The notes under the pieces: model-generated
Database searches by the model: none
What the model was told of the DNA's origin: nothing
Seen by the model: the letters and a program-made list of their open reading frames with translations, nothing else
Program-made: the position numbers and the translations under genes
From: an uncultured Bacteroidales bacterium
GTDB taxonomy: Bacteria; Bacteroidota; Bacteroidia; Bacteroidales; Paludibacteraceae
Assembly: GCA_902800525.1 (NCBI GenBank)
Contig: CADCEV010000002.1
Coordinates: 95,695-159,694, forward strand
Length of the DNA: 64,000 bases
Direction: 5' to 3'
Part shown: one piece after another, positions 19,348 through 28,581 of the stretch
Layout of the letters: each line of letters begins with the position of its first letter
How positions within the stretch are numbered: the first letter of the stretch is position 1

Positions 19348-20091
19348 ATGAATATAGTAGTAGTAAACGACGATGGCTGGGGGACGGCAGGAATCCGTCT
19401 CTTAGCCAAAGAAATGACCAAATTGGGAAAAGTAACGGTGATCGCGCCGGATAGTGCCCGTAGTGGTTTCGGCGCAGCTATCACCGTCGCTAAACCGATC
19501 TATCTCAAACGCATCGAGGAGCATGATCTCAATGGGGCGGAGGTATATGTGACCAACGGCACCCCGGCGGATTGCGTGAAAATCGCCTTTGAGCACCTCT
19601 TTGCGGATCAGAAGATCGACCTCCTTGTCTCCGGTATCAACCATGGAAGCAATGCGGCCATCAACGCCATGTATTCGGGCACGATAGGAGCCTGCTTGGT
19701 GGCGGCGGAGAAAGGTATTCCGGCTATCGGATGGTCTATCGACAGCCATGAGATGGATGTCGATCTCCACTGGTTGCAACCTTTCCTTTGCGAGGTCACG
19801 CAACACCTCTACGAAGAAGGCATTGCCCCGCGGACGTGCTTTAATATCAATGCCCCGGTGGGCGAGATTGAAGGCATCCGTTGGACCCGCCAGTGTGTGG
19901 GACATTGGGCGAAAGAGCTCGTTCCGATTGAGGATGAACTGCCCGAAGGAGTGCTGAAAGGATGGATCTTGGGAGGCGCGTTCGAGCCCGATGAACCTTC
20001 TGCTACGGACACGGACCTCTGGGCAATGGGGCATCAACTGCTTTCCATTACACCGCTTACCATTGATTGGACCGACTATGGATCGCTTTGA
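19348..20091 (+). CDS. surE: 5'/3'-nucleotidase SurE
   Basis: MNIVVVNDDGWGTAGI, GINHGSNA, YSGTIGA. Confidence 0.92.
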   Translation: MNIVVVNDDGWGTAGIRLLAKEMTKLGKVTVIAPDSARSGFGAAITVAKPIYLKRIEEHDLNGAEVYVTNGTPADCVKIAFEHLFADQKIDLLVSGINHGSNAAINAMYSGTIGACLVAAEKGIPAIGWSIDSHEMDVDLHWLQPFLCEVTQHLYEEGIAPRTCFNINAPVGEIEGIRWTRQCVGHWAKELVPIEDELPEGVLKGWILGGAFEPDEPSATDTDLWAMGHQLLSITPLTIDWTDYGSL

Positions 20092-20356
20092 TCGGTATTG
20101 GATAGGAATAGTGTTGGGGCTGATCTTGCCGGCAGTGGTGTTCTTCGCCTATATTGACCTCATGAATCTCTGGTACCCGCTGCAAACCTTGCAGTTCCAT
20201 GCCGGTGGCATTCTGAGCAAACTGCTCATGGTCAGTGTCTTCCCGGACTTGGCGCTCATCTTCGTTTTCTATACCACCGATACGTGGCGTTTGGCTAAAG
20301 GAGTCCTTGTGGGGGCTATGCCGTATATATTGGCATCAATTATTGTCTTGATGTGA
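20078..20356 (+). CDS. Small integral membrane protein (3 TM), unknown function
   Basis: The ATG at 20078 (MDRFDRYWIGIVLGLILPAVVFF) is preferred over the track start at 19991, which lies inside surE. Confidence 0.5.
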   Translation: MDRFDRYWIGIVLGLILPAVVFFAYIDLMNLWYPLQTLQFHAGGILSKLLMVSVFPDLALIFVFYTTDTWRLAKGVLVGAMPYILASIIVLM

Positions 20357-21440
20357 TGATCGCCGCCGCGCCTGATGCAGCCGGCTGATCGCCTAATAAC
20401 TGGGAAAGGTGCTCGTAATTGGCGAGCATCTTTTTTGTGTAACTTTCGTCTTTCAGGAGCCGCGCTAATTCCTGAACGACCTTCTCTTCCGTAAAATCAT
20501 TGGCAATACATTCCTTTATTACCTCTTTGCCCGAGATAATATTGACCAGCGTGAAATAAGGAATGGAGAAAATCAGCGGTTGCATCCATCTCAATGCGCG
20601 GATAAGTGGAGTAAGGGCGAGGTGATAAACAGCTACTTGCGGACATCCCAACAAGGCCGTCTCCAAGGTGGCCGTACCGGAATTGACAATCGCCGCTTGT
20701 GCTTGCTGTATTGCGCCATACGTGTCTCTTGTCAGTTGTTCGCCCTCCTTCAAATAGGGCGCATAATACGCATCTTCAATTCCCGGTGCGGCGGTTACGA
20801 TGATCTCGTAACCCTTGAACCGTCGCGCGGCATGCAGCATCTTCTCCAGACAGTGCTTCACTTCGCTCTTCCGGCTACCCGGCAGAATAGCAATCTTTTT
20901 GCCTCTCACCGGAGCGCTCTTGCTTTTCGCCTTCATCTCCTCTGCCGTCGGGTTTCCCACATACGTGCACCGATACCCGTATTGGGCATAGAAAGCCGGC
21001 TCGAAAGGAAAGATTCCTAACACCTCGTCACAAAGCCGCGCAATGCGATGTATGCGTCTCCGTTTCCATGCCCACACTTTGGGAGGAATATAGTAATAAA
21101 TCTTGGTTGAAGGAAGGTGTTTGCGACAAAATGTGGCTATTCGAAGATTAAAAGAGGGGTAGTCGATCAATATCAGCGCGTCCGGCTTTTCGGACTGCAA
21201 TGCCTGGCGAGCCATCTCAAAATTGCGGCGTACCTGACCCATATTAGCCAGTACCGCCGCAAAACCCATAAAAGCCATCTTGCGGTAGTCTTGGTAAAGC
21301 ACACAGCCGGCTTGAGCCATCTTGTCGCCTCCCAAACCCGCAAAGACTGCTTCGGGGTCACGCTGCCGAATCGCTTTGATCAATTCCGCCGCGTGCAAAT
21401 CCCCCGACGCTTCGCCTGCTATTAAGAAATACTTCGCCAA
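20340..21440 (-). CDS. lpxB: Lipid-A-disaccharide synthase
   Basis: FLIAGEASGDLHAAELI, DYPSFNL, 366 aa. Confidence 0.9.
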   Translation of the reverse strand: MAKYFLIAGEASGDLHAAELIKAIRQRDPEAVFAGLGGDKMAQAGCVLYQDYRKMAFMGFAAVLANMGQVRRNFEMARQALQSEKPDALILIDYPSFNLRIATFCRKHLPSTKIYYYIPPKVWAWKRRRIHRIARLCDEVLGIFPFEPAFYAQYGYRCTYVGNPTAEEMKAKSKSAPVRGKKIAILPGSRKSEVKHCLEKMLHAARRFKGYEIIVTAAPGIEDAYYAPYLKEGEQLTRDTYGAIQQAQAAIVNSGTATLETALLGCPQVAVYHLALTPLIRALRWMQPLIFSIPYFTLVNIISGKEVIKECIANDFTEEKVVQELARLLKDESYTKKMLANYEHLSQLLGDQPAASGAAAIITSRQ

Positions 21441-21443
21441 ATA

Positions 21444-21467
21444 CTTTCAACTTTCAACTCTCAACTA
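21444..21467. repeat. CTTTCAA/CTCTCAA heptamer array (complement of the GTTGARA family)
   Basis: Fills the spacer between the lpxB start and the glmM stop. Confidence 0.85.
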
Positions 21468-22837
21468 TTATTCACCACCTTCATCACTTTCTGCGCCAAA
21501 GCATTGGCTTCTTCCATGGTCGCAGCCTCCGAATACACGCGGATAATCGGTTCGGTATTCGATTTGCGCAGATGAACCCATCCGTCCGCAAAATCAATCT
21601 TCACGCCGTCGCGGTCGTTCACGCGCTCGTTCTTATACAGCTCCTTCACGCGCACTAATATCGCATCCACATCGGTGTCCGGTGTCAGGTCGATACGGTT
21701 CTTGCTGATGCAGTAATTTGGCAGCGTGCGACGCAGTTCGCTCACTTTCATATCCAGATGCGCTAAATGGCTCAGGAACAGCGCAATGCCCACTAAAGCA
21801 TCGCGGCCGTAATGGCACTCAGGATAGATCACACCGCCGTTGCCTTCGCCGCCGATAACAGCGCCCACACGCTTCATCTCCGCTACTACGTTCACTTCGC
21901 CCACTGCACTCGCGCTGTACTCGCCACCATGTGCTTTCGTCACATCGCTCAGCGCACGCGTACTCGACATGTTGCTGACCGTATTGCCCGGAGTGTGACG
22001 CAGAATATAGTCCGCCACGCTCACTAAAGTATATTCCTCGCCGAACATCTCGCCGTTCTCGCAGATGATGGCCAAACGGTCCACATCCGGATCCACTACA
22101 AAACCCACATCCGCTTTGCCGCTCTTGAGCAAATCGCTGATCTCGGTCAGATGTTGTGGCAGCGGTTCGGGGTTATGTGGGAAATGACCGTTCGGGGTGC
22201 AGTTCAACTCGATGATATTTTCCACGCCAACTGCTTTCAGAATAGCCGGAATAGCCAGACCGCCCACCGAATTGACACAATCAATCGCTACGGTGAAATG
22301 GCGTTTTTGAATAGCCTCAACATCTACCAGCGGCAGTTTGAGCACCTGCTCGACGTGGTACGGCAGATAGTCTTTGCTCGTCATATGGCCTAACTGGTCC
22401 ACTTCTGCAAACGTGAAATCTTCCGCCTCGGCTATCGCCAAAACGCCTTTGCCTTCCGCGTCGTTCAGAAACTCCCCTTTCTCGTTCAGCAACTTCAGCG
22501 CGTTCCATTGTTTGGGGTTGTGGCTTGCGGTGAGGATAATACCGCCGGCGGCTTTCTCCCCGGTAACGGCTAACTCCGTCGTCGGCGTGGTGGCAAGACC
22601 GATATTCACTACGTCGTACCCCATACCCATCAGAGTACCGCATACAATCTGCTCTACCATATGACCGCTCAGACGGGCGTCGCGACCCACTACAATCACA
22701 TTATTCTCCGGCAGCGCGGCGCGGCGTTGGGTCGCATAGGCTGCGGTAAAACGAACGATATCCACTGGATTCAGACCATCGCCAACGCGACCGCCGATCG
22801 TGCCGCGGATACCGGAAATACTTTTAACTAAACTCAT
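21461..22837 (-). CDS. glmM: Phosphoglucosamine mutase (alpha-D-phosphohexomutase family)
   Basis: SGIRGTIGG, active-site TASHNPKQWNALK, metal loop DPDVDR, GGEGNGG. Confidence 0.8.
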   Translation of the reverse strand: MSLVKSISGIRGTIGGRVGDGLNPVDIVRFTAAYATQRRAALPENNVIVVGRDARLSGHMVEQIVCGTLMGMGYDVVNIGLATTPTTELAVTGEKAAGGIILTASHNPKQWNALKLLNEKGEFLNDAEGKGVLAIAEAEDFTFAEVDQLGHMTSKDYLPYHVEQVLKLPLVDVEAIQKRHFTVAIDCVNSVGGLAIPAILKAVGVENIIELNCTPNGHFPHNPEPLPQHLTEISDLLKSGKADVGFVVDPDVDRLAIICENGEMFGEEYTLVSVADYILRHTPGNTVSNMSSTRALSDVTKAHGGEYSASAVGEVNVVAEMKRVGAVIGGEGNGGVIYPECHYGRDALVGIALFLSHLAHLDMKVSELRRTLPNYCISKNRIDLTPDTDVDAILVRVKELYKNERVNDRDGVKIDFADGWVHLRKSNTEPIIRVYSEAATMEEANALAQKVMKVVNNS

Positions 22838-22838
22838 A

Positions 22839-23375
22839 TTATTGTTTCACTTTGATTTTCAGAATATACATATACGGTGTCACGCTCGTTTGCTCGGCGT
22901 TGAAACCTAACTTGCTGGGCACTAAGATCGCGCATTGTGCATTCGGGTGCTTCATCAGCTTGACCGCTGCATGCCATGCTACTGCCTCGCAATCCGTGTA
23001 ATTGCCGTAGTGGAACTCATACGGATAGGGCTGCTCCAACGTCGTCCAATAACTCAACGTGTCCGCATTCTCGGTCAGAGCGAACTGCTTGTAACGCACA
23101 ATGATCACATCGTTCGTGAAGACATCCACACCCTCATCGCCCCGTTCTATCAGGTGGAAATAGAAATTGTCGTACCCTTGTACTTTGTAATAGTCCTTCT
23201 CCCCCCATACGGCGGAATCAGCCGGCTCTTTGGTCAGGATATTCCAGTTATTCCGCTTGATATAGTTGGCAATCAGCTTGTCCTCCTGATTTCGGAGGTT
23301 GGAATACGTGTTGTTGTTACATCCGGTGGTCAGCAAGACCATTCCGGTTAGCAGTATAAATACTATTTTTTTCAT
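22839..23375 (-). CDS. Lipoprotein, FKBP-like / DUF4827-like
   Basis: Lipobox LLTTGC, 178 aa, 2 nt from the glmM start. Confidence 0.55.
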   Translation of the reverse strand: MKKIVFILLTGMVLLTTGCNNNTYSNLRNQEDKLIANYIKRNNWNILTKEPADSAVWGEKDYYKVQGYDNFYFHLIERGDEGVDVFTNDVIIVRYKQFALTENADTLSYWTTLEQPYPYEFHYGNYTDCEAVAWHAAVKLMKHPNAQCAILVPSKLGFNAEQTSVTPYMYILKIKVKQ

Positions 23376-23380
23376 CTGTT

Positions 23381-23902
23381 TTATTTTAGTTCAATATCAA
23401 TTATTACGTTTTCGTAAGGCGGAATATGCGTTGTTCCTTGTGCTCCGAAGGCGGAGTACCACGGAGCTATCAGCCGGGCTTTGGCACCATGGTGCAACTC
23501 GCTGATATTTTCTTCCACAGCCGCCGGCAGTTCGCCTTTGCGGATGCAGTAACTATGCTCTGAGTCCTCCAACAGCAAGCCGTCTAAGTTGCATACTTGC
23601 ATCCGGATAACCCATCTCTCCCCTTCTTTCGGTGTGCCGGAAGAAGCATCTCCGCGGTCGGATATATGCACCCATGTCTTGGCATCATATACCGCAAAGG
23701 GCTCTCCTTGTAACTGCGAGGCTTTGGTCACTTCGCGGTCGGCGGCAAAGGCTAATTGCTGGTTCATCTGCATCAATGCCAATGCCGCACTATCTACCGT
23801 CGCCGCCTCGCCTTTGCGCTGACTCGGGCGTTGTGGCGCCTGACGAGTGCAGCTGCATACGAGCAAGGCCGAAAGGCATAATATTACTATTTTCTTTGTC
23901 AC
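23381..23902 (-). CDS. Lipoprotein with an FKBP-type PPIase-like C-terminal domain
   Basis: Lipobox LLVCSC. The C-terminal end (IPPYENVIIDIELK) resembles the FKBP end motif. Confidence 0.55.
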   Translation of the reverse strand: MTKKIVILCLSALLVCSCTRQAPQRPSQRKGEAATVDSAALALMQMNQQLAFAADREVTKASQLQGEPFAVYDAKTWVHISDRGDASSGTPKEGERWVIRMQVCNLDGLLLEDSEHSYCIRKGELPAAVEENISELHHGAKARLIAPWYSAFGAQGTTHIPPYENVIIDIELK

Positions 23903-26900
23903 TTTTTCTTTTTCGGGGGTGTTGTTTCTTCTGTGGTGTTACCGAGGTTCTTGCGGTACTCGCTCGGGGTCACGCCGTAAGTGGTCTTGAAGCATTTGGC
24001 GAAATAACGGCTGTCGTTCATGCCGACCATATACGTCACCTCGGTGATGTTATATTTCGGATCTTCCAATAACTTGGCGGCGCGTTTGATACGCATCTCG
24101 CGGATGAACTCCACGGGGCTCAAACCCGTCATGTTCTTCAGTTTGTTGAAGAAGACCGTTCGACCCATACCCATCTCATCTACTAACTCATCTACCGTCA
24201 GCGTGTTGTTGTCCAACTGCTTCTCCATGATATTCAGCAGCTTCGCTAAGAATGTATCGCCGGGTAAATCCTCGTCATTTTTGGTGCTCTCCAGACGCAT
24301 CAGTCGTTGCCTGTAACTCTGCTCCAACTGTTTCCGTTGCAATAATATATTATGTACGCGCGCACGCAGGTATTCCGGTTCGAACGGTTTCGTCACATAG
24401 TCGTCAGCGCCATATTCCAATGCCTCCAAACGGCTCTCGATAGCTGTCTTTGCGGTCAGCAGAATCACCGGAATGAAATCCGTCTCCGGGTTTTTCTTGA
24501 TCCACTGTATCAGTTGCAACCCATCTACTTTAGGCATCATCAGGTCGGTCACAACAAAATCAATCTCTTTCGTCTTCAGGATTTTCTTGGCCTTCTCGCC
24601 GTTTTCTGCGGTCAAAACATGGTAGTCCTTGTCGAAAATACCGATTAGGAACTGACGCATGTCTTTATTGTCATCCACTACTAAGATCGTGTCTTTGGAC
24701 TCCTGTTGACCCTTTTCCAATTCTTCTAATTTCTCTTCGAATTTGGAATTCGCTGCCATTTGTTGGGAACTCAAATCATCCGCGATGAACTCCACTTCGT
24801 TTCCGAAATGCTCTTTGCCGCTATGCAGAAGAACCGTCATCGTCGTGCCTTCGCCCACGGTGCTCTCCACCTCTATATAGCCATGGTGCAAATCCACTAA
24901 CTCTTTGGTCAGATTCATTCCGATGCCTGTTCCGGTGGCGCCGATGCTGTTCAGTTCGTTGTTGCTCGAGAACCGTTCAAACAGCACGCTGCGCTTCTCC
25001 GGAGGAATACCGATTCCTTCGTCTTGTACCGCAAGCGTCACAAAGCCCGGCTTGTCACCGATAATCACGCGGATAGACTTGCCCGAAGGTGTGAACTTGA
25101 ACGCATTGCTCAGCAGGTTCCAGATAATTGTGTCCATTCGCTCGCGATCTACCCATACCGTCGAATCTTTGGCATTGTTGATGATCTCGAAATGAATATG
25201 TTTGCTGTCTGCCTCTTTCTCAAAATTGGCGCATGTCTCTTGTACTAACTCGCTCAGCAGCGTCTTCTGCACTTTGAGTCGCATCTTCTGGTTTTGCACT
25301 TTGCGGAACTCTAACAGCTGATTCACCATCCGCAACATCCGCTGCCCGTTCGATTGCACGATCTCTAACTGGCTCCGTACGTTTTTACTTATATGTTCGG
25401 TCTGCAGAATGTTCTCTACCGGCGCTGTGATCAGCGTCAGAGGGGTGCGCAACTCGTGGCTGATGTTCGTGAAGAAACGTAACTTGATATCCGTCACCTG
25501 TTGCTCTACCAATATCTTCCGGCGCAGCTTGTTGTAAAAGGCCATCGTTAGACCGATACATCCGATGATAACCAACAGCCCTAAGATATACAGCGCGATT
25601 GCCCACCACGTCAGCCACGTCGGGCGCGCTACGTAGATGACGATCGTCTTCTCGTTTTCCACTTCGCCGCCTTCGCGGTTGGTCGAACGAACATGGAATA
25701 CATAGTTGCCGTGTCTCAGGTGGCTGTATGTCACGCGCCGGATATCTTTGGCGGACGTCCATTCGCTATCGATGCCGTCCATTCGGTAGAAATAAACCAA
25801 CTTGTCCGCGCCGATATAATCCATCGCCGCATATTCGATGGTGATATTGCTCCCGTGCTCTAAATACAAGGTGTCTCCGTGCAACTCCTTGTCCTGCGTC
25901 TCGATGCGTTTGATATGCATCGGAGGAACGGATGTGGAGCGCTTGATAGAAGCCGGATTGAAGGCGCAATAACCGTTCGAATAACCGAACAGGATAATTC
26001 CCTCTGCCGTTCGTACCGCCTCCGCCTCCGTGAAATACGTATTGTTCTCGCTCGCTAGAGCGTCGTAGTAATACAGGTCGTTTGTCTTCAGATTCAGCTC
26101 CGCGATGTCGCTCTCGGATGTAAACCAGATACTCTCGCCGTCACCTGCCATACTCAGAATAATATCGTGGTATGTCTCTACGGACAAAATCTGGCGTTTC
26201 GGATCCTTTGGATCAAGAACCATCAAACCGCCGCCGAACGAGCCTAACCACAACTTGTCTTGGCAGTAATAAATGCAACGGATATCGTAACTGGGAATCA
26301 CGGTGCTCTCGCCGGTACTCAGATCGATGCGAAGCAAACCTGTCGTCGTGCCGCACCATAACACATCCGCTACTTTGGTAATGTCGCGCACTTTCATTCC
26401 CGGACCAAATACTTGCGGCTTACCCCAATTACGGCTGCTTTCGTCCCAACGGATGATGTTCACTCCGCCGCCGTAGGTCGCTACGTAGATCGTTCCGTCC
26501 TCGCCTTCTTCGATGTCATACACATCCGGATGAGAGGTCTCAATCGCCTTTTTCGTGCCGGCTTCAATCAGTCCATTACCTTTGGTGCCGTATAACATGC
26601 CGTGCTTGCTGTCCAATGCGCAATAGACGTTCGTCTCCGATTTGACGAGCGGTGTCGCCTCGCCTTGCTTGTTCAGCGCAAAGGCACGTACCTCGCCGTT
26701 CTCGCGCTCAGAATGACGCATGTCGTGCAACTGATAAGGCGTCGGCTCCATGTTCACGCAATCTACACCGCCGTCGTACGTCGAAATCCACATCTGACCG
26801 TCGCGGTCGATATACGCCGTGTGAATCATGTTCGTCAGACCCGCTATCGGGTAAACCAACTCGTCTTTCTCGTAGTTGTAGTAACTCCAACCGCCGCCGG

Positions 26901-27486
26901 TCGGGTTCACCCATGTGCGACCTTGCCTGTCCGTCAGCATGAAGAAATGCTCGCGCAACCGACCTGCATAACGGCTGTCCAACGGAGGCGTAAATCGTTT
27001 CCATTGACCGAAACGGTAACGCATAATTCCGTACGTGTCATCGGCTTGCCAGATAACACCCTGTGCATCCACTTTGGTGCGTTTCTCGGTGTCGGCTATT
27101 ATCGCCATCATTCCTTCCGGCAAACTGTCATACGGCTCTTCTACGGTCTCTGTCCGGCTTGCGTCCAAACGGTAGAAATGACCGTCGTACGTTGCCCACC
27201 AGATCTGCTCTTTCTCGTCTTCGTAGATTAGATCCACGCGGTTATTCACCTGAGCTTCTACACCGTTACTCTTGGCTTTGAATACCTCAAATGTATAACC
27301 GTCGAAGCGGTTCAGACCATCCCATGTTCCGAACCACATGAAACCCTGGCGATCTTGCATAATCGCCATTACGGTGTTTTGACTCATGCCGTCTTTGATC
27401 GAGTAGTGCTTGATCAAATAGTGCTCATGTGCTCCCGCCACGCATATCTGCGCCGCCAACAGGAGAAGAATGTAGAACCGTTTCAT
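23899..27486 (-). CDS. Hybrid two-component system regulator (periplasmic beta-propeller/Y_Y_Y sensor, HisKA-HATPase, receiver, AraC-type HTH)
   Basis: N-terminal propeller repeats (FMWFGTWDGLNRFDG), TM helix, H-box FFTNISHELRTPLT, GTGIGM, receiver ILVVDDN...DLMMPKVDG, C-terminal AraC HTH. Confidence 0.9.
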   Translation of the reverse strand: MKRFYILLLLAAQICVAGAHEHYLIKHYSIKDGMSQNTVMAIMQDRQGFMWFGTWDGLNRFDGYTFEVFKAKSNGVEAQVNNRVDLIYEDEKEQIWWATYDGHFYRLDASRTETVEEPYDSLPEGMMAIIADTEKRTKVDAQGVIWQADDTYGIMRYRFGQWKRFTPPLDSRYAGRLREHFFMLTDRQGRTWVNPTGGGWSYYNYEKDELVYPIAGLTNMIHTAYIDRDGQMWISTYDGGVDCVNMEPTPYQLHDMRHSERENGEVRAFALNKQGEATPLVKSETNVYCALDSKHGMLYGTKGNGLIEAGTKKAIETSHPDVYDIEEGEDGTIYVATYGGGVNIIRWDESSRNWGKPQVFGPGMKVRDITKVADVLWCGTTTGLLRIDLSTGESTVIPSYDIRCIYYCQDKLWLGSFGGGLMVLDPKDPKRQILSVETYHDIILSMAGDGESIWFTSESDIAELNLKTNDLYYYDALASENNTYFTEAEAVRTAEGIILFGYSNGYCAFNPASIKRSTSVPPMHIKRIETQDKELHGDTLYLEHGSNITIEYAAMDYIGADKLVYFYRMDGIDSEWTSAKDIRRVTYSHLRHGNYVFHVRSTNREGGEVENEKTIVIYVARPTWLTWWAIALYILGLLVIIGCIGLTMAFYNKLRRKILVEQQVTDIKLRFFTNISHELRTPLTLITAPVENILQTEHISKNVRSQLEIVQSNGQRMLRMVNQLLEFRKVQNQKMRLKVQKTLLSELVQETCANFEKEADSKHIHFEIINNAKDSTVWVDRERMDTIIWNLLSNAFKFTPSGKSIRVIIGDKPGFVTLAVQDEGIGIPPEKRSVLFERFSSNNELNSIGATGTGIGMNLTKELVDLHHGYIEVESTVGEGTTMTVLLHSGKEHFGNEVEFIADDLSSQQMAANSKFEEKLEELEKGQQESKDTILVVDDNKDMRQFLIGIFDKDYHVLTAENGEKAKKILKTKEIDFVVTDLMMPKVDGLQLIQWIKKNPETDFIPVILLTAKTAIESRLEALEYGADDYVTKPFEPEYLRARVHNILLQRKQLEQSYRQRLMRLESTKNDEDLPGDTFLAKLLNIMEKQLDNNTLTVDELVDEMGMGRTVFFNKLKNMTGLSPVEFIREMRIKRAAKLLEDPKYNITEVTYMVGMNDSRYFAKCFKTTYGVTPSEYRKNLGNTTEETTPPKKKK

Positions 27487-27520
27487 AATTATTAAATTTT
27501 AAAGGTGAGTATCAATCCTC

Positions 27521-27609
27521 AATTGTGCATTGTGCATTGTGCATTGTGCATTGTGAATTGTGCATTGTGAATTGTGAATTGTGCATTGTGAATTGTGCAT
27601 TGTGAATTG
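27521..27609. repeat. (A/C)ATTGTG heptamer array, about 13 units
   Basis: 89 nt of uninterrupted 7-nt period. Ends at the base before the rfbA stop codon. Confidence 0.95.
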
Positions 27610-28476
27610 TCACTTCGCAATGCGCTCCAGATACCGCCCGTAATTGGTCTTCATCTCTTTGCCCAATGCCGCCAATTGCTCGGTGCTGATCCATCCGTTG
27701 CGCCATGCTATCTCTTCGATGCAGCTTACATAGAAGCCCTGGCGGTTCTGGATCGTGGCGATGAAGTTACCGGCATCCAACAGACTGTCGCAGTTGCCCG
27801 TATCTAACCATGCAAAACCGCGGCTGAACAGCTTCACTTTCAGCGTGCCTTCGTTCAAATAGATCTTGTTCAAATCCGTGATCTCATATTCGCCACGGGC
27901 ACTCGGCTGTAAGTTAGCAGCCTTCTCGCATACACTCGCGTCGTAGAAATACAGACCCGGAACAGCATAGTTGCTCTTCGGTTCTGCCGGTTTCTCCTCC
28001 AGACTCAGCACATTGCCTTCTGCGTCAAACTCAACGACACCATATGCACGCGGATCAGCTACTTCATAGCCGAAAATACATGCGCCGCCGTTCTGTACGC
28101 TCTCTACCGCCTCTTTCAGCATCTTGCCGAAATGCTGGCCGTAGAACATGTTGTCGCCTAATATCAAGCAACCCGGCTCGCCGTTCAAAAACTCGCGACC
28201 TAACACAAACGCTTGCGCCAGACCGTTCGGCACCAACTGCACTTTGTAGGACAACTTCATGCCCAGACGGCTTCCGTCTCCCAATAACTCTTCAAACATC
28301 GGCAGATCGCGCGGAGTACTGATCACCAATACCTCACGTATTCCCGCTAACATCAATGCACTCAGCGGATAATAAATCATCGGCTTGTCATAAACCGGCA
28401 TAATCTGCTTACTGATCGCCTTGCTCAACGGGTACAAACGCGTTGCGCTACCTCCTGCTAAAATAATTCCTTTCAT
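27610..28476 (-). CDS. rfbA: Glucose-1-phosphate thymidylyltransferase
   Basis: MKGIILAGGSATRLYPLSKAISKQIMPVYDKPMIYYP. The ATG at 28476 is preferred over the track start at 28545. Confidence 0.93.
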   Translation of the reverse strand: MKGIILAGGSATRLYPLSKAISKQIMPVYDKPMIYYPLSALMLAGIREVLVISTPRDLPMFEELLGDGSRLGMKLSYKVQLVPNGLAQAFVLGREFLNGEPGCLILGDNMFYGQHFGKMLKEAVESVQNGGACIFGYEVADPRAYGVVEFDAEGNVLSLEEKPAEPKSNYAVPGLYFYDASVCEKAANLQPSARGEYEITDLNKIYLNEGTLKVKLFSRGFAWLDTGNCDSLLDAGNFIATIQNRQGFYVSCIEEIAWRNGWISTEQLAALGKEMKTNYGRYLERIAK

Positions 28477-28581
28477 ATCTGGTAAAATAATGGTTAACAA
28501 AAATCGTGTACAAAGATACAACAAAAAATCCACATATGCAAGCATTGTGGACTTTTTTACACATAAAATGTGTATTTTTTG

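Noticed and set aside
19991-20077. An N-terminal extension of the small membrane protein overlapping surE.
   Set aside because: The extension is read out of frame through the surE 3' end. The ATG at 20078 gives a sensible TM protein.
27521-27609. Heptamer arrays as CRISPR arrays.
   Set aside because: The period is 7-8 nt with no unique spacers, no leader and no cas genes. These are simple tandem repeats.
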